Shown here: piece after piece, positions 35,316 to 44,663 of the stretch
Position numbering within the stretch: the stretch's first letter is position 1
Layout: the number at the start of each line of letters is the position of its first letter
Source: an uncultured Chloroflexia bacterium
GTDB taxonomy: Bacteria; Chloroflexota; Limnocylindria; Limnocylindrales; CSP1-4
DNA: 64,000 nt
Assembly (NCBI GenBank): GCA_963800275.1
Contig: CAWDAI010000013.1
Location: 69,403 to 133,402 of the forward strand
Direction: 5' to 3'
Translations under genes and position numbers: made by a program
Notes under the pieces: generated by a model
The model's database searches: none
Told to the model about the DNA's origin: nothing
What the model saw: the letters and a program-made list of their open reading frames with translations, nothing else

Positions 35316-36326
35316 ATGCCGACCGTCCTCGATGTAGCCAAACGCGCGGGTGTCTCACCCATGACGGTGTCACGGGTGGTGAACGGCTCTGGCCCGGTGA
35401 GCCCCCGCTTGCGAGCGCGCGTCGAGAAGGCGCTCAAGGAGACCGGCTACGTGCCCAACACGGTCGCGCGCAACCTGCGCACCAAGCGCACCGATACCGT
35501 CGGCCTGGTGATGCCCGATATCACCAATCCTTTCTTCACCCACGTCGTGCGGGGCATGGAGGTGGCGGCTCGTGAGGCTGCCATCTCGCTGCTCCTGACC
35601 AACACCGACCAGCGACCCGACGAGGAGCAGCGGATGGTCTCGATGCTGCTGCAGCGCCAGGTCGACGGCCTGCTGGCGATCCCGGCGGGCACCTGCGCCG
35701 ACACCGCACGCCGTTGTCGTGAGGCCTGTGTGCCCCTGGTCATCGTGGACCGGCGGCCGGAGATCGCCGGCGTGGATGTGGTACGCGCCGACGCGGAGGG
35801 GGGCGCCTACGAGCTGGGCCGGCTGCTCGCGAGCCTGGGCCACCGCCACACCGCGGTCCTCACCGGGCCTGAGTACGCGCCCACCGCGGTCGATCGTGCC
35901 GCGGGCTTCAGCCGGGCCATGCAGGACGCGGGCCAGCCCCCTCCGCTCGTGCTCTTCGAGGACTTCTCGCTGGAGGCCGGACACGACCTCACGCTGCTGG
36001 TGATGTCGGAGCAGCCGCGCCCGACGGCCATCTTCGCGGCCAACAACTTCCTCGCCATCGGTACGCAGCACGCCTTGGAGGAGCTGGGCCTGCGCATCCC
36101 CGATGACGTGGCCCTGGTGGGGCTCGATGACCTGCCCGCAGAGATGGTCACCTTCCCCTTCCTGACGGTGGCCGCGCAACCAGCCGAGGAGATGGGCCGG
36201 CGCGCGGTGCAGCTGCTGCTGGAGCGCATCAAGGCGCCGGACGCGCCAGCGCAGGAGATCCTGCTCCCGACCGAGCTCATCATCCGCCGCTCCAGCGGCG
36301 ATCCCATCGCGCAGGTGGCGGTCTAG
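35316..36326 (+). CDS. LacI-family transcriptional regulator
   Basis: N-terminal HTH PTVLDVAKRAGVSPMTVSRVVNG and a periplasmic-binding-protein-like core (GLVMPDITNPFF...). Confidence 0.9.
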   Translation: MPTVLDVAKRAGVSPMTVSRVVNGSGPVSPRLRARVEKALKETGYVPNTVARNLRTKRTDTVGLVMPDITNPFFTHVVRGMEVAAREAAISLLLTNTDQRPDEEQRMVSMLLQRQVDGLLAIPAGTCADTARRCREACVPLVIVDRRPEIAGVDVVRADAEGGAYELGRLLASLGHRHTAVLTGPEYAPTAVDRAAGFSRAMQDAGQPPPLVLFEDFSLEAGHDLTLLVMSEQPRPTAIFAANNFLAIGTQHALEELGLRIPDDVALVGLDDLPAEMVTFPFLTVAAQPAEEMGRRAVQLLLERIKAPDAPAQEILLPTELIIRRSSGDPIAQVAV

Positions 36327-36448
36327 ACGGGAAACCCGCCGGCGGCTTCCTCGCGACCACCGGCCGGCCGACGGCGCCAGCGACCGTCGGGGCGCCGCGG
36401 CCCTCTCGCAGCACCCGCCGCTCGCCCTGGGCGGCATACTCGAGCCTG

Positions 36449-37687
36449 ATGTCCACCGATCAGCGCGGGCGCTCGTTCGTCACCTATCTCGAGGCTGCCA
36501 TCGACGGCACGATCCTGCCGGCCGGCAGGATCCAGACCACCCATGGGGGCCGCCCGCTGTGGGTGCGCTATGACCTCGATGCCGTGCGCGCCGCGGTCGA
36601 TCGCGACGCCTGGCGCGCACGGCCCGCCGACATGTGGCGTTACGCAGAGCTGCTGCCGCTGGCCGACCCGGACCGGCGCGTCTCGCTCGGCGAGACCGTG
36701 ACGCCCCTGCTGGAAGTGCCACGCCTGGCGGCACGCCTGGGCCTGCGGCACCTCTCGATCAAAGACGAGTCGCGCCTGCCGACCGGTTCGTTCAAGGCTC
36801 GCGGCATGGCCATGGCGGTGTCGATGGCCCGCGACCTGGGCATCACGCGCCTGGCCGCGCCCACCGCGGGCAACGCCGGCGGTGCGCTGGCGGCCTACGC
36901 CGCTCGCGCCGGGCTGGAGGCGTACGTCTTCATGCCCGCCGATACGCCCGTCGTGAACCGCTACGAGGCCGCGCTCTACGGGGCCCACACCTATCTGGTC
37001 GAGGGGCTCATCAACGACTGCGGCGCGGTCGTGCGCGACGGGGTCGAGCGCATGGGCTGGTTCGACATGAGCACGCTCAAGGAGCCGTACCGGCTGGAAG
37101 GCAAGAAGACGATGGGCCTGGAGCTGGCCGACCAGCTCGACTGGCAGCTGCCCGACGTCATCCTCTACCCGACCGGTGGCGGCACCGGCCTCCTGGGCAT
37201 GTGGAAAGCCTTCGCTGAGCTCAAGTCCCTCGGCTGGCTGGACTCGTCCGCCATGCCCCGCCTCATCGCGGCCCAGTCGGATGGCTGCGCGCCGATCGCT
37301 TCCGCTTTCGACGCAGGGGAGCGGTTCGCGGCGCCGCTGACCGACGCTCACACGCTGGCCAGCGGCATCCGCGTCCCGGCCGCGGTCGGCGACTTCATGA
37401 TCCTCGACGCGGTGCGCGAGTCGGGCGGTGCTGCGCTCAGCGCGGACGAGGGCAGCCTGCTCGAGTGGATGCGGCTCGCGAATGCGCTCGAAGGCATCGC
37501 CTTGTGCCCGGAGGCTGCCGCCTGCCTGGATGTGCTCGACCGGCTGGTGCGGGAGCGACGGGTCAGCCCGCATGAGCGCGTGGTCATCTTCAACACCGGT
37601 GCCGCGCAGAAGTACGTCGAGGCCATCAGCGTCGACCTTCCGACCTTGGCGCCACCGGTCGATCTGGACTCGCTCGCTCCTCGTTAG
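36449..37687 (+). CDS. Threonine synthase-like PLP enzyme
   Basis: PLP lysine motif PTGSFKARGMA, TAGNAG, and YPTGGGTG. Confidence 0.8.
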   Translation: MSTDQRGRSFVTYLEAAIDGTILPAGRIQTTHGGRPLWVRYDLDAVRAAVDRDAWRARPADMWRYAELLPLADPDRRVSLGETVTPLLEVPRLAARLGLRHLSIKDESRLPTGSFKARGMAMAVSMARDLGITRLAAPTAGNAGGALAAYAARAGLEAYVFMPADTPVVNRYEAALYGAHTYLVEGLINDCGAVVRDGVERMGWFDMSTLKEPYRLEGKKTMGLELADQLDWQLPDVILYPTGGGTGLLGMWKAFAELKSLGWLDSSAMPRLIAAQSDGCAPIASAFDAGERFAAPLTDAHTLASGIRVPAAVGDFMILDAVRESGGAALSADEGSLLEWMRLANALEGIALCPEAAACLDVLDRLVRERRVSPHERVVIFNTGAAQKYVEAISVDLPTLAPPVDLDSLAPR

Positions 37688-38181
37688 GAGGTGCGGCCCG
37701 CTCGCTCGGGGTCCCAGAAGCCGGCGTGGACCGCCTCGGCTTCGGGCATCTCGACGGGGCCCTCGACCACGATCGCGCGCTGGCCCGCGGCGAGGACCGT
37801 CCGTGCGGACAGGTGCATGGTGGGGTTCTCCGCGTCGGCGCCGGTCATCTCCCCCAGGCGTGCCTCGGCGAGGGCATAGACCACGCGCCCGATGCCGCTC
37901 CAGTAGATGGCGCCCGCGCACATGGCGCAGGGCTCGGTCGAGCTGTACAGCGTGCACGTCTCGAGCTCCTGCTCGCCATAGCAGCCGGAGGCGGTCCGCA
38001 CCAGGTTCAGCTCCGCGTGGCCGGTGACGTCTCGCGCCGTGGTGACGGTGTTCTCCGCTTCGGCCAGCACCGTCCCATCGGCCGCAGCCAGGACCGCGCC
38101 GAAGGGATGGTTGCCTGCTTCGCGCGCCCGCCGGGCGACCTCCACGGCGGCTCGCAGCAGGCGCAGATCGTCGTGCTCCAC
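37684..38181 (-). CDS. CMP/dCMP-type zinc deaminase (nucleoside or tRNA-adenosine/guanine deaminase-like)
   Basis: HAELN and PCAMCAGA zinc motifs. I propose a GTG start at 38181, because the 561-aa listed ORF extends far upstream into sequence that is antisense to the SIP gene. Confidence 0.75.
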   Translation of the reverse strand: MEHDDLRLLRAAVEVARRAREAGNHPFGAVLAAADGTVLAEAENTVTTARDVTGHAELNLVRTASGCYGEQELETCTLYSSTEPCAMCAGAIYWSGIGRVVYALAEARLGEMTGADAENPTMHLSARTVLAAGQRAIVVEGPVEMPEAEAVHAGFWDPERAGRTS

Positions 38182-38256
38182 CGCCAGATGGTAGCCCTCG
38201 CCCGGGGTCGCTATCCTGAACGGAAGGAGGAGGCACTGTTGGGACGGGGAGGGGAT

Positions 38257-39075
38257 ATGCCCACGCGACGTGTCGAGCTCATCAAGCACCCGCTCCGCGT
38301 ACGCACGCTGGAGGTCCGCGCCGTCAAGCGCCCGGGCCCGCTGTACGGGCTCCTGACCCTGGGTGGCGATGAGCTGGCCGATCTCGAGTCCCCCAGCCCG
38401 ACCGACCACGTGGGCCTGGTCCCACCGGACGCCGCGGGCACGCTCACCCTGCCCGAGGTGACCGACGGTCGCCTGCGCTGGCCCCAGGGAGCGCGCGCGA
38501 CGACGCGTGAATACACCGTGCGGCGCTTCGACCCGCAGGCCGGGGAGCTCGATGTGCGCGTCCTGCTCCACGGGAACGGCCCGGTCGCGCGCTGGGCGGC
38601 CAGGGCCTCGGTCGGCGAGCGGGTCGGTGTCATCGGCCCGCGAACCTCCACGGTCATGCCCGACGGCTTCGCCAACTACCTGCTCGTGGGCGACCTCACC
38701 GCGGTGCCTGCCATCGCTCGCTGGCTGGCCGACCTGCCCGAGGGCGCCATGGCGCAGGTCCTCGTCGCGGCACGCTCGGAGGAGGACGTGGTCGAGTTTC
38801 GATGCCCGCAGCCCATCTGGGTCCTGTGGCTGACCGAGCTCGCGGTGCCGGAGGCAGACCACCTGCCGCCGGCGCTCGAGCAGCTGAAGCTCTACTCGCA
38901 GGACACGTTCGCGTGGGCCGCGGGAGAGGCCGTGGCCATGCGCGAGGTGCGGCGCGTGCTGCTCGAGGACCACGGCCTGCCCAGCGAGAACGTCAAGGTC
39001 ACCGGCTACTGGCGCCGCGACGAACCCGACTACGACTACGAGGCGCCGCTGCCGGCCGATCCCTCGACGCGATAG
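38257..39075 (+). CDS. Siderophore-interacting protein (SIP) family FAD reductase
   Basis: [17 protein letters not shown], and [16 protein letters not shown]...YWRRD. GGAGG-rich sequence lies upstream of the ATG at 38257. Confidence 0.8.
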   Translation: MPTRRVELIKHPLRVRTLEVRAVKRPGPLYGLLTLGGDELADLESPSPTDHVGLVPPDAAGTLTLPEVTDGRLRWPQGARATTREYTVRRFDPQAGELDVRVLLHGNGPVARWAARASVGERVGVIGPRTSTVMPDGFANYLLVGDLTAVPAIARWLADLPEGAMAQVLVAARSEEDVVEFRCPQPIWVLWLTELAVPEADHLPPALEQLKLYSQDTFAWAAGEAVAMREVRRVLLEDHGLPSENVKVTGYWRRDEPDYDYEAPLPADPSTR

Positions 39076-40199
39076 ATGTAGCCCGCCTTGTCGTCCGAGA
39101 GGTAGAGGGCACCATCCGCGCCCACCACGACGCCAGCGGGCCGGCCGGTGGCCTCGCCGCTCTGGCGATCGAGGAACCCGCTGATGAAGGTCTCGGCCTC
39201 CCCTGCGGGTCCGTCGTCCCAGGGCAGCCGCCAGACCTCGTAGCCGACCTTCTCCGAGCGGTTCCACGAGCCGTGGAAGGCGATGATCGCGTGCCCGTCC
39301 CAGAAGGTGATGCCCAGCGGCGCCATGTGCGCCTGGAACTGCGCCGCCGGCGCCACCACACCATCGCATCCCACCAGCCCCGTGCGGGGGTCGGGCTCAG
39401 CGCCGAGATCGGGATCGAGGATGGCGCCGGCATGGCAGCGTGGCCAGCCCGCGTCGGCGCCCTCGACCACGCGATAGAGGGTCTCCGGCGGCACGTCGTC
39501 GCCCATGAGGTCACGGCCGTTGACCGTGGCCCAGGGATCCCCGCTGGCCGGGTCGATCGCCAGCCCCACCGCATTGCGCAGCCCGCGCATCAGGACTCGC
39601 CAGTCGCCGCCCCCGGGCGGAGCCGTGATGATGGTGGCGCGCTCGGGGTCTCCTTCCCAGCACGCGTTGCAGCTCGAGCCCACGCTCACGAGCACCGACC
39701 CATCGGGGCGCACCACGACGGTCCGCGTCGAGTGCTGGCCGCCGCCGGCGTACTCCAGGATGGCCTGGCGCGAGCGTTCGTGGTACGCGCCATCGAGCGT
39801 CACCTGGTAGAGCGTGCCGCTGCCGGCCACCAGCAGGGAGCCGTCCTCGGTGAAGGCCACCGAGTGGGCCAGGTCGTAGTCGGTGCCGACTTCGACGATC
39901 TCGTCCGCGCGCCCGTCACCGTCGTGGTCGGGCAGGGCGACCACACGGTTGGCGCCCGGTTCGGCCGCGAACAAGGTGCCGTCAGGGCCGACCGCCATGA
40001 AGCGGGGGTGGTCGAGGCCGGCCGCGAAGACGTTGGCGCGGTAGCCCTCCGGCAGGGACAGGTCCGTCTCACCGGCGGCTCCAGCGTCGAAGCTGATGCC
40101 GGCCGCCCGCAACAATGGCTCGCGGAAGAGGTAGGCCCCGCCGAGCAGGACTAGTGTCACCGCGAGCGCGAACAGGCCGAGGCGGACGATGCGATGCAT
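39036..40199 (-). CDS. PQQ-dependent sugar (sorbosone/glucose) dehydrogenase-like beta-propeller
   Basis: N-terminal TM anchor, GLDHPRFMAVGPDGTLF, DHDGDGRAD, and repeated propeller blades. Start chosen at MHRIVRLG. Confidence 0.8.
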   Translation of the reverse strand: MHRIVRLGLFALAVTLVLLGGAYLFREPLLRAAGISFDAGAAGETDLSLPEGYRANVFAAGLDHPRFMAVGPDGTLFAAEPGANRVVALPDHDGDGRADEIVEVGTDYDLAHSVAFTEDGSLLVAGSGTLYQVTLDGAYHERSRQAILEYAGGGQHSTRTVVVRPDGSVLVSVGSSCNACWEGDPERATIITAPPGGGDWRVLMRGLRNAVGLAIDPASGDPWATVNGRDLMGDDVPPETLYRVVEGADAGWPRCHAGAILDPDLGAEPDPRTGLVGCDGVVAPAAQFQAHMAPLGITFWDGHAIIAFHGSWNRSEKVGYEVWRLPWDDGPAGEAETFISGFLDRQSGEATGRPAGVVVGADGALYLSDDKAGYIYRVEGSAGSGAS

Positions 40200-40255
40200 G
40201 CGAGTGGACCCCCTTCCTGGCGCGCAGCCTACGCCACGCGCCGTACCATCGCTAC

Positions 40256-42188
40256 ATGACCGATCAGCCAACGCTTGCCTACGGCTCGTGGCCGTCGCCC
40301 ATCAGCATCGACCTCGCCGTCGGCTCCGAGCGCGGACTCTCCGAGCCCGTGCCCGACGGGGACGACCTCTACGTCCTCGAAATCGCGCCCCGACGAGGCG
40401 GGACGCGTGGCCCTGCTCCGGCGCACGCCCGACGGCGCCTACACCGACGTCGCACCCGGACACAACGTCCGCACGCGGGTGCACGAGTACGGCGGTGGCG
40501 CGTACAGCGTCAGCGACGGCGTGGTCGTCTTCAGCGAGTTCAGCGACAATCGGCTCCTGCTCATGGGCTCGCCTGCCGACGAGCCGGTCGCGCTGGTGTC
40601 GGACCCGGCCCTGCGCTTCGCGGACCTGGCGCTCGACCTGGTGCGCGACCGTGTGTACGCCGTGATGGAGGATCAAACCAGGTCGGCCATCGAGGCGCGC
40701 AATCTGCTCGTGGCGGTCGGGCTCCGCGATGGCCGCGTGAGCGAGCTGGCCGTCGGCCACGACTTCTACTCCGACCCGAAGGTCAGCCCCGATGGCTCGC
40801 GAATCGCCTTCGTCACCTGGGACTTCCCGCAGATGCCGTGGGATGGCACGGATCTGTGGGTCGCGGAGATCGCCACCGACGGGACGCTGCGAGAGCCGCG
40901 GCATGTCGCCGGCGGACCAGCCGAGTCGGTCATCCAGCCGCGCTGGGCGCCCGACGGCTCGCTCGTCTTCAGTTCCGACCGCAGCGGCTGGTGGAACCTC
41001 TACCGCTGGCCTCGCGACGGTATGGAGGTCCTCCCGATCGCGCCGATGGAGGCGGAGATCGGCGGCCCGCAGTGGGTCTTCGGCCTGTCCGATTACGACA
41101 TCGATGACGACGGCACGATCGTGGCCTTCGCACACGGTCCCGACGAGGCCCGGCTGCTGGCCTTGAGCGGGGGTGACGAACCGCGTGCGATCGGGTTCGA
41201 TGAGCACAGCCTGGCCTATCTGCGTATACGCGCCGGCCTGCTCACGGCTGTGGCGGGGACCTTCACCCGGCCGACGGCCGTCGTCCGCATCGACCTTGCG
41301 ACAGGGCGCGAAGAGCGTCTGCGGGAGACAGGCGAGCTGGCCGTCGACCCACGCTACCTCTCGCGCCCCGAGCACATCACCTTCCCCACGTCTGGTGGCC
41401 GGATGGCCTACGGCTGGTACTACCCGCCGACCAATCCCGACGTCGTGGCGCCCGCTGCCGAGCGGCCGCCCCTGGTGGTCATGTCACACGGTGGACCCAC
41501 GAGCGAGGCGCGCACATCACTGAGTCTTTCGCGGCAGGTCTTCACCAGCCGCGGGTTCGCCGTGGTGGACGTGGACTACGGTGGCTCCACCGGCTATGGC
41601 CGCGCGTTTCGCAACCAGCTGCGCGAGCAGTGGGGCGTGGTCGATGTCGATGACTGCACCGCTGCTGCCGAGTGGCTCGCCGCGCAGGGCCTGGTCGATC
41701 CGCAGCGCCTGGCCATCCGCGGGGGCAGCGCCGGTGGCTACACGACCCTCGCGGCACTCTGCTTCAAGGACGTCTTCAGCGCCGGCACGTCGTTCTATGG
41801 ACTAGGCGACCTGGCGGCATTCATCGATATCACGCACAAGTTCGAGTCGCGCTATATGGACCTGCTCGTCGGGCCCTACCCGGAGATGGCGGAGCGCTAT
41901 CGCGAGCGTTCCCCCAACGAGCACAGCGACCGCATCAGCTGCCCGGTCCTGGTGATGCAGGGCGCGGACGACAAGATCGTGCCGCCAGCGCAGGCCGAGG
42001 GCATCGTGGAGGCGCTGCGGCGGAACGGCCTGCCCCATGCCTACCTGCTCTTCGAGGGCGAGGGCCACGGCTTCCGCATGGCCCAGAACCAGAAACGCGC
42101 GCTGCAGGCGGAGCTTTCGTTCTACGCCCAGGTCTTCGGCTTCGAGCTGGCGGACGACTTCGAGCCCTTGGCGGTGGCCGGACTCTAG
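40256..42188 (+). pseudogene. S9-family serine peptidase (prolyl oligopeptidase/acylaminoacyl peptidase type) with an early +1 frame break
   Basis: MTDQPTLAYGSWPSPISIDL...DDLYVLE is in one frame. SRPDEAGRVALLRR... through GGSAGGY and GEGHGF is in the next frame. The break is at the AAA run 40380-40382. Confidence 0.75.
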
Positions 42189-42200
42189 CGTCCGGGCAGA

Positions 42201-42241
42201 CACGAACGCCCGCCGGCGGCAGACTCCGGCGGGCGTTCGTG
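42201..42241. terminator. 16-bp perfect hairpin between convergent genes
   Basis: CACGAACGCCCGCCGG (42201-42216), 9-nt loop, CCGGCGGGCGTTCGTG (42226-42241). Confidence 0.55.
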
Positions 42242-42266
42242 GAGAGAGGGAGTGGGAAGTCGTCAG

Positions 42267-42905
42267 CTAGGCGTCCGTGGCCGCGGCCTCGGCTGCGGGG
42301 CTCTCCACAGCGGCCGGGCTCTCGTCCGCGGTCGCGCTGTCGTCGCTCGAGGCGGTCCCGTCGGACGTGGCCGTGGTATCCGGCACCTGGACCATGACCT
42401 GCGAGGCCGTGAAATCGGTGCCGTCCTCGGAGCTGGACCAGACCACGACCTGGTCACCGGCCGCCACATCGGTCGCTGTGATCTCGTTCGCGACCATGCG
42501 TGTGCGTGACCAGCCGCGCACCGTCTGCTGCGCCTCCCGCAAACCGATGAGGTCGGTGCTGTCATCGAGGGCCACGGTGACCGACTGGCCGTCCGCGAAC
42601 GAGAAGGTCAGGGCACTGTCGGAGATGCTCTCGACCGCCCCTTGCTCGACACGGCTGGTGGTGATGCCGTCGGTGGTCTGGAGCGTGACCTCGCGGCGCT
42701 CGAAGGTGTCGTCAAGGCCCCTCAGGCCGATGCCGCGCCCGCCGGGCATCGCCGCTCCCATCGAGCCGCCCATGCCGCCGACGCCGAGCGTGTCATCGGG
42801 TCCGCGGCGTCCGCCACCATGGGCGGAGACCGCCGCGGTGCCGGCGAGGAGGAGCGCCATGGCGGTCCCGATGACCGTGGTCGAGCGTGTGGTGTGCCTG
42901 TGCAT
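42267..42905 (-). CDS. Secreted hypothetical protein with a low-complexity acidic tail
   Basis: Signal peptide IGTAMALLLAGTAAVSA, a Gly/Met-rich segment, a beta-rich core, and a Ser/Asp/Ala-rich C-terminus. Confidence 0.55.
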   Translation of the reverse strand: MHRHTTRSTTVIGTAMALLLAGTAAVSAHGGGRRGPDDTLGVGGMGGSMGAAMPGGRGIGLRGLDDTFERREVTLQTTDGITTSRVEQGAVESISDSALTFSFADGQSVTVALDDSTDLIGLREAQQTVRGWSRTRMVANEITATDVAAGDQVVVWSSSEDGTDFTASQVMVQVPDTTATSDGTASSDDSATADESPAAVESPAAEAAATDA

Positions 42906-43093
42906 GTCTTCATGAACCTCTGCTTGTAGCCATCGGCGCGGGAGGGACGCCGGTCACCCGTTCGGCGCGACGATGAGGACGATGGCGGGTCAGCTTTCCC
43001 GCCGGCCAAGGACGATGTAAGGCGAAGGTAAGTGCGCGCGACACGCCGGAGGCGGGGACCACAGCGATTTGGTGGGTTGTGCTATAGTTCTTC

Positions 43094-43168
43094 GGCGAGG
43101 TGGAGCAGTGGTAGCTCATCGGGCTCATAACCCGAAGGTCGGCGGTTCGAATCCGTCCCTCGCAACCA
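43094..43168 (+). tRNA. Initiator-type tRNA-Met (anticodon CAU), CCA encoded
   Basis: Near-identical architecture to the E. coli initiator as I remember it. It has three G:C pairs next to anticodon loop CTCATAA, A11:T24 in the D stem, and no Watson-Crick pair at 1:72 (G1/A72). Confidence 0.85.
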
Positions 43169-43185
43169 AAGACTCCTGACGTGAG

Positions 43186-43218
43186 AACCCCGGGTCCCGC
43201 CCCCGGGGTTTTCCTTTG
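43186..43218 (+). terminator. Intrinsic terminator after the tRNA
   Basis: AACCCCGGG (43186-43194), 7-nt loop, CCCGGGGTT (43202-43210), followed by TTCCTTTG. Confidence 0.7.
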
Positions 43219-43272
43219 CCTTGCATCGCGTGGCCAGCGCCCGATGAGCACGTTGCGTACCCTCTAGGGACG

Positions 43273-44625
43273 ATGATCAGACAGCGCACGATCCTGTTCA
43301 GCCTGGTGGTACTGCTGACCCTCCTCGCGACCCCGGCGGTGGCGCAGGAGGTGACGACTGAGCCGTCCGCATCCGTGGCCCCCAGCGCGAGCCCGGCGGC
43401 TACGCCCCGGCCCCTGCCTACGGCCATGCCCTACCAGGACGGGCCGCTCGTCCAGGTCGTGCTCTACTTCTCGCCCACCTGCCCCCACTGCCACACCGTC
43501 ATCACCGAGACCCTGCCTCCGCTCTTCGCAGCCAACGGCGGGACGCCAGTGGTGACCTATGACCAGTCCGTGGCTGCCGAGGACGTGGCCTGGTACCTGA
43601 TGAGCAACGGCCAGCTCCAGGTCCTGCTGGTGAACGTGGCCACCCCGGCCGGGCAGGCTGCCTTTGGGGCGGACAACGCTCGACTGGGGATCGAGCAGGC
43701 GGGCGTGCCGCGCCTGGACGTGGAGGATCGCTACCTCGTCGGTTCCGGTGATATCCCGGCTGAGCTGCCCGGCATCATCGCCAGCGGGCTTGCCGGCTCG
43801 GGCGTGGACTGGCCGCGAGCGCCCGGCCTGGATGATGCCCTGGCCTACTTCGTGGAGTCGGGCGCCGTGCCCACTCCCGCCGGTCGGGCCGCGCCGTCGA
43901 TCGAACCCAGCGCCGCGCCATCGATCGAACCGGCGGACACGCCGCCTGCCGAGTCCGCGGTCGCGCCCACCTCGGAGGCCAGCGCCGAGCCCGATGCGGC
44001 CTTCGCTGCGATCCCCGTGAGCGGGGAGAGCGGGGGCGGCCCGCTGGACAGGTTCGGGGCGGACCCGCTCGCCAACGGCATCGCCATCATCGTGTGGCTG
44101 CTGCTCGGCCTGAGCCTCATCGCGGCTCCGCTGCTGGCGGCCCGGGGCTCGCTGCCGACCTTCCCGGCCTGGACGACCATCGTGCTGGCGGTCGCAGGCA
44201 TGGCCGTGGCCGGGTACCTGGCCAACGTCGAGACGAGCGGCAGCCAGGCCGTCTGTGGCCCGGTCGGCGACTGCAACGCCGTCCAGACCAGCTCCTATGC
44301 GCGTCTCTTCGGCATCCACATCGGCGTGCTCGGGCTCGTCGGCTACGGGTCGATCGCCCTCCTCTGGGTCGTCTCCCGCGTGGCCAGGGGCGCGGTCGCC
44401 GACTGGGCGCTCATGCTGATCGCCCTGGGCGCGCTGTTCGGCGTCACCTTCTCGGCCTACCTGACCTTCCTCGAACCCTTCGTCATCGGCGCCACCTGCA
44501 TGTGGTGCATCACCTCCGCCTTGCTCATGCTGGCCCTGCTGTGGGTCTCGGTGGGCCCGGGCTGGGCTGCCTGGCAGCGCCTCCACACCGGCTCGGGTGG
44601 GGGTACAGAACCAGCTGCCGCCTGA
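43273..44625 (+). CDS. Thioredoxin-like (DsbA-type) domain fused to vitamin K epoxide reductase (VKOR)
   Basis: Signal peptide, YFSPTCPHCH redox motif, and a Pro/Ala linker. The VKOR membrane core has CGPVGDC and CMWC. Confidence 0.85.
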   Translation: MIRQRTILFSLVVLLTLLATPAVAQEVTTEPSASVAPSASPAATPRPLPTAMPYQDGPLVQVVLYFSPTCPHCHTVITETLPPLFAANGGTPVVTYDQSVAAEDVAWYLMSNGQLQVLLVNVATPAGQAAFGADNARLGIEQAGVPRLDVEDRYLVGSGDIPAELPGIIASGLAGSGVDWPRAPGLDDALAYFVESGAVPTPAGRAAPSIEPSAAPSIEPADTPPAESAVAPTSEASAEPDAAFAAIPVSGESGGGPLDRFGADPLANGIAIIVWLLLGLSLIAAPLLAARGSLPTFPAWTTIVLAVAGMAVAGYLANVETSGSQAVCGPVGDCNAVQTSSYARLFGIHIGVLGLVGYGSIALLWVVSRVARGAVADWALMLIALGALFGVTFSAYLTFLEPFVIGATCMWCITSALLMLALLWVSVGPGWAAWQRLHTGSGGGTEPAAA

Positions 44626-44663
44626 CCCCGGACCGCCCAGGCGTCTCCTCCCGCGGGGTCTCG

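Noticed and set aside
36323-38236. 637-aa minus-strand ORF
   Set aside because: It is antisense to threonine synthase. Only the other minus-strand frame, at 37684-38181, encodes a recognisable deaminase.
37726-38256. N-terminal 177 codons of the 449-aa ORF listed at 37726-39075
   Set aside because: It is antisense to the deaminase gene. The SIP homology begins at [10 protein letters not shown] (ATG 38257), which has a GGAGG-rich upstream region.
38182-39369. N-terminal 395 codons of the 561-aa ORF listed at 37684-39369
   Set aside because: This part is antisense to the SIP gene and has no protein-like features. The deaminase domain starts near a GTG at 38181.
40115-41107. 330-aa plus-strand ORF
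   Set aside because: Only codons from ATG 40256 to about 40380 look real, as the N-terminus of the S9 peptidase. The rest is an out-of-frame reading of the peptidase gene.
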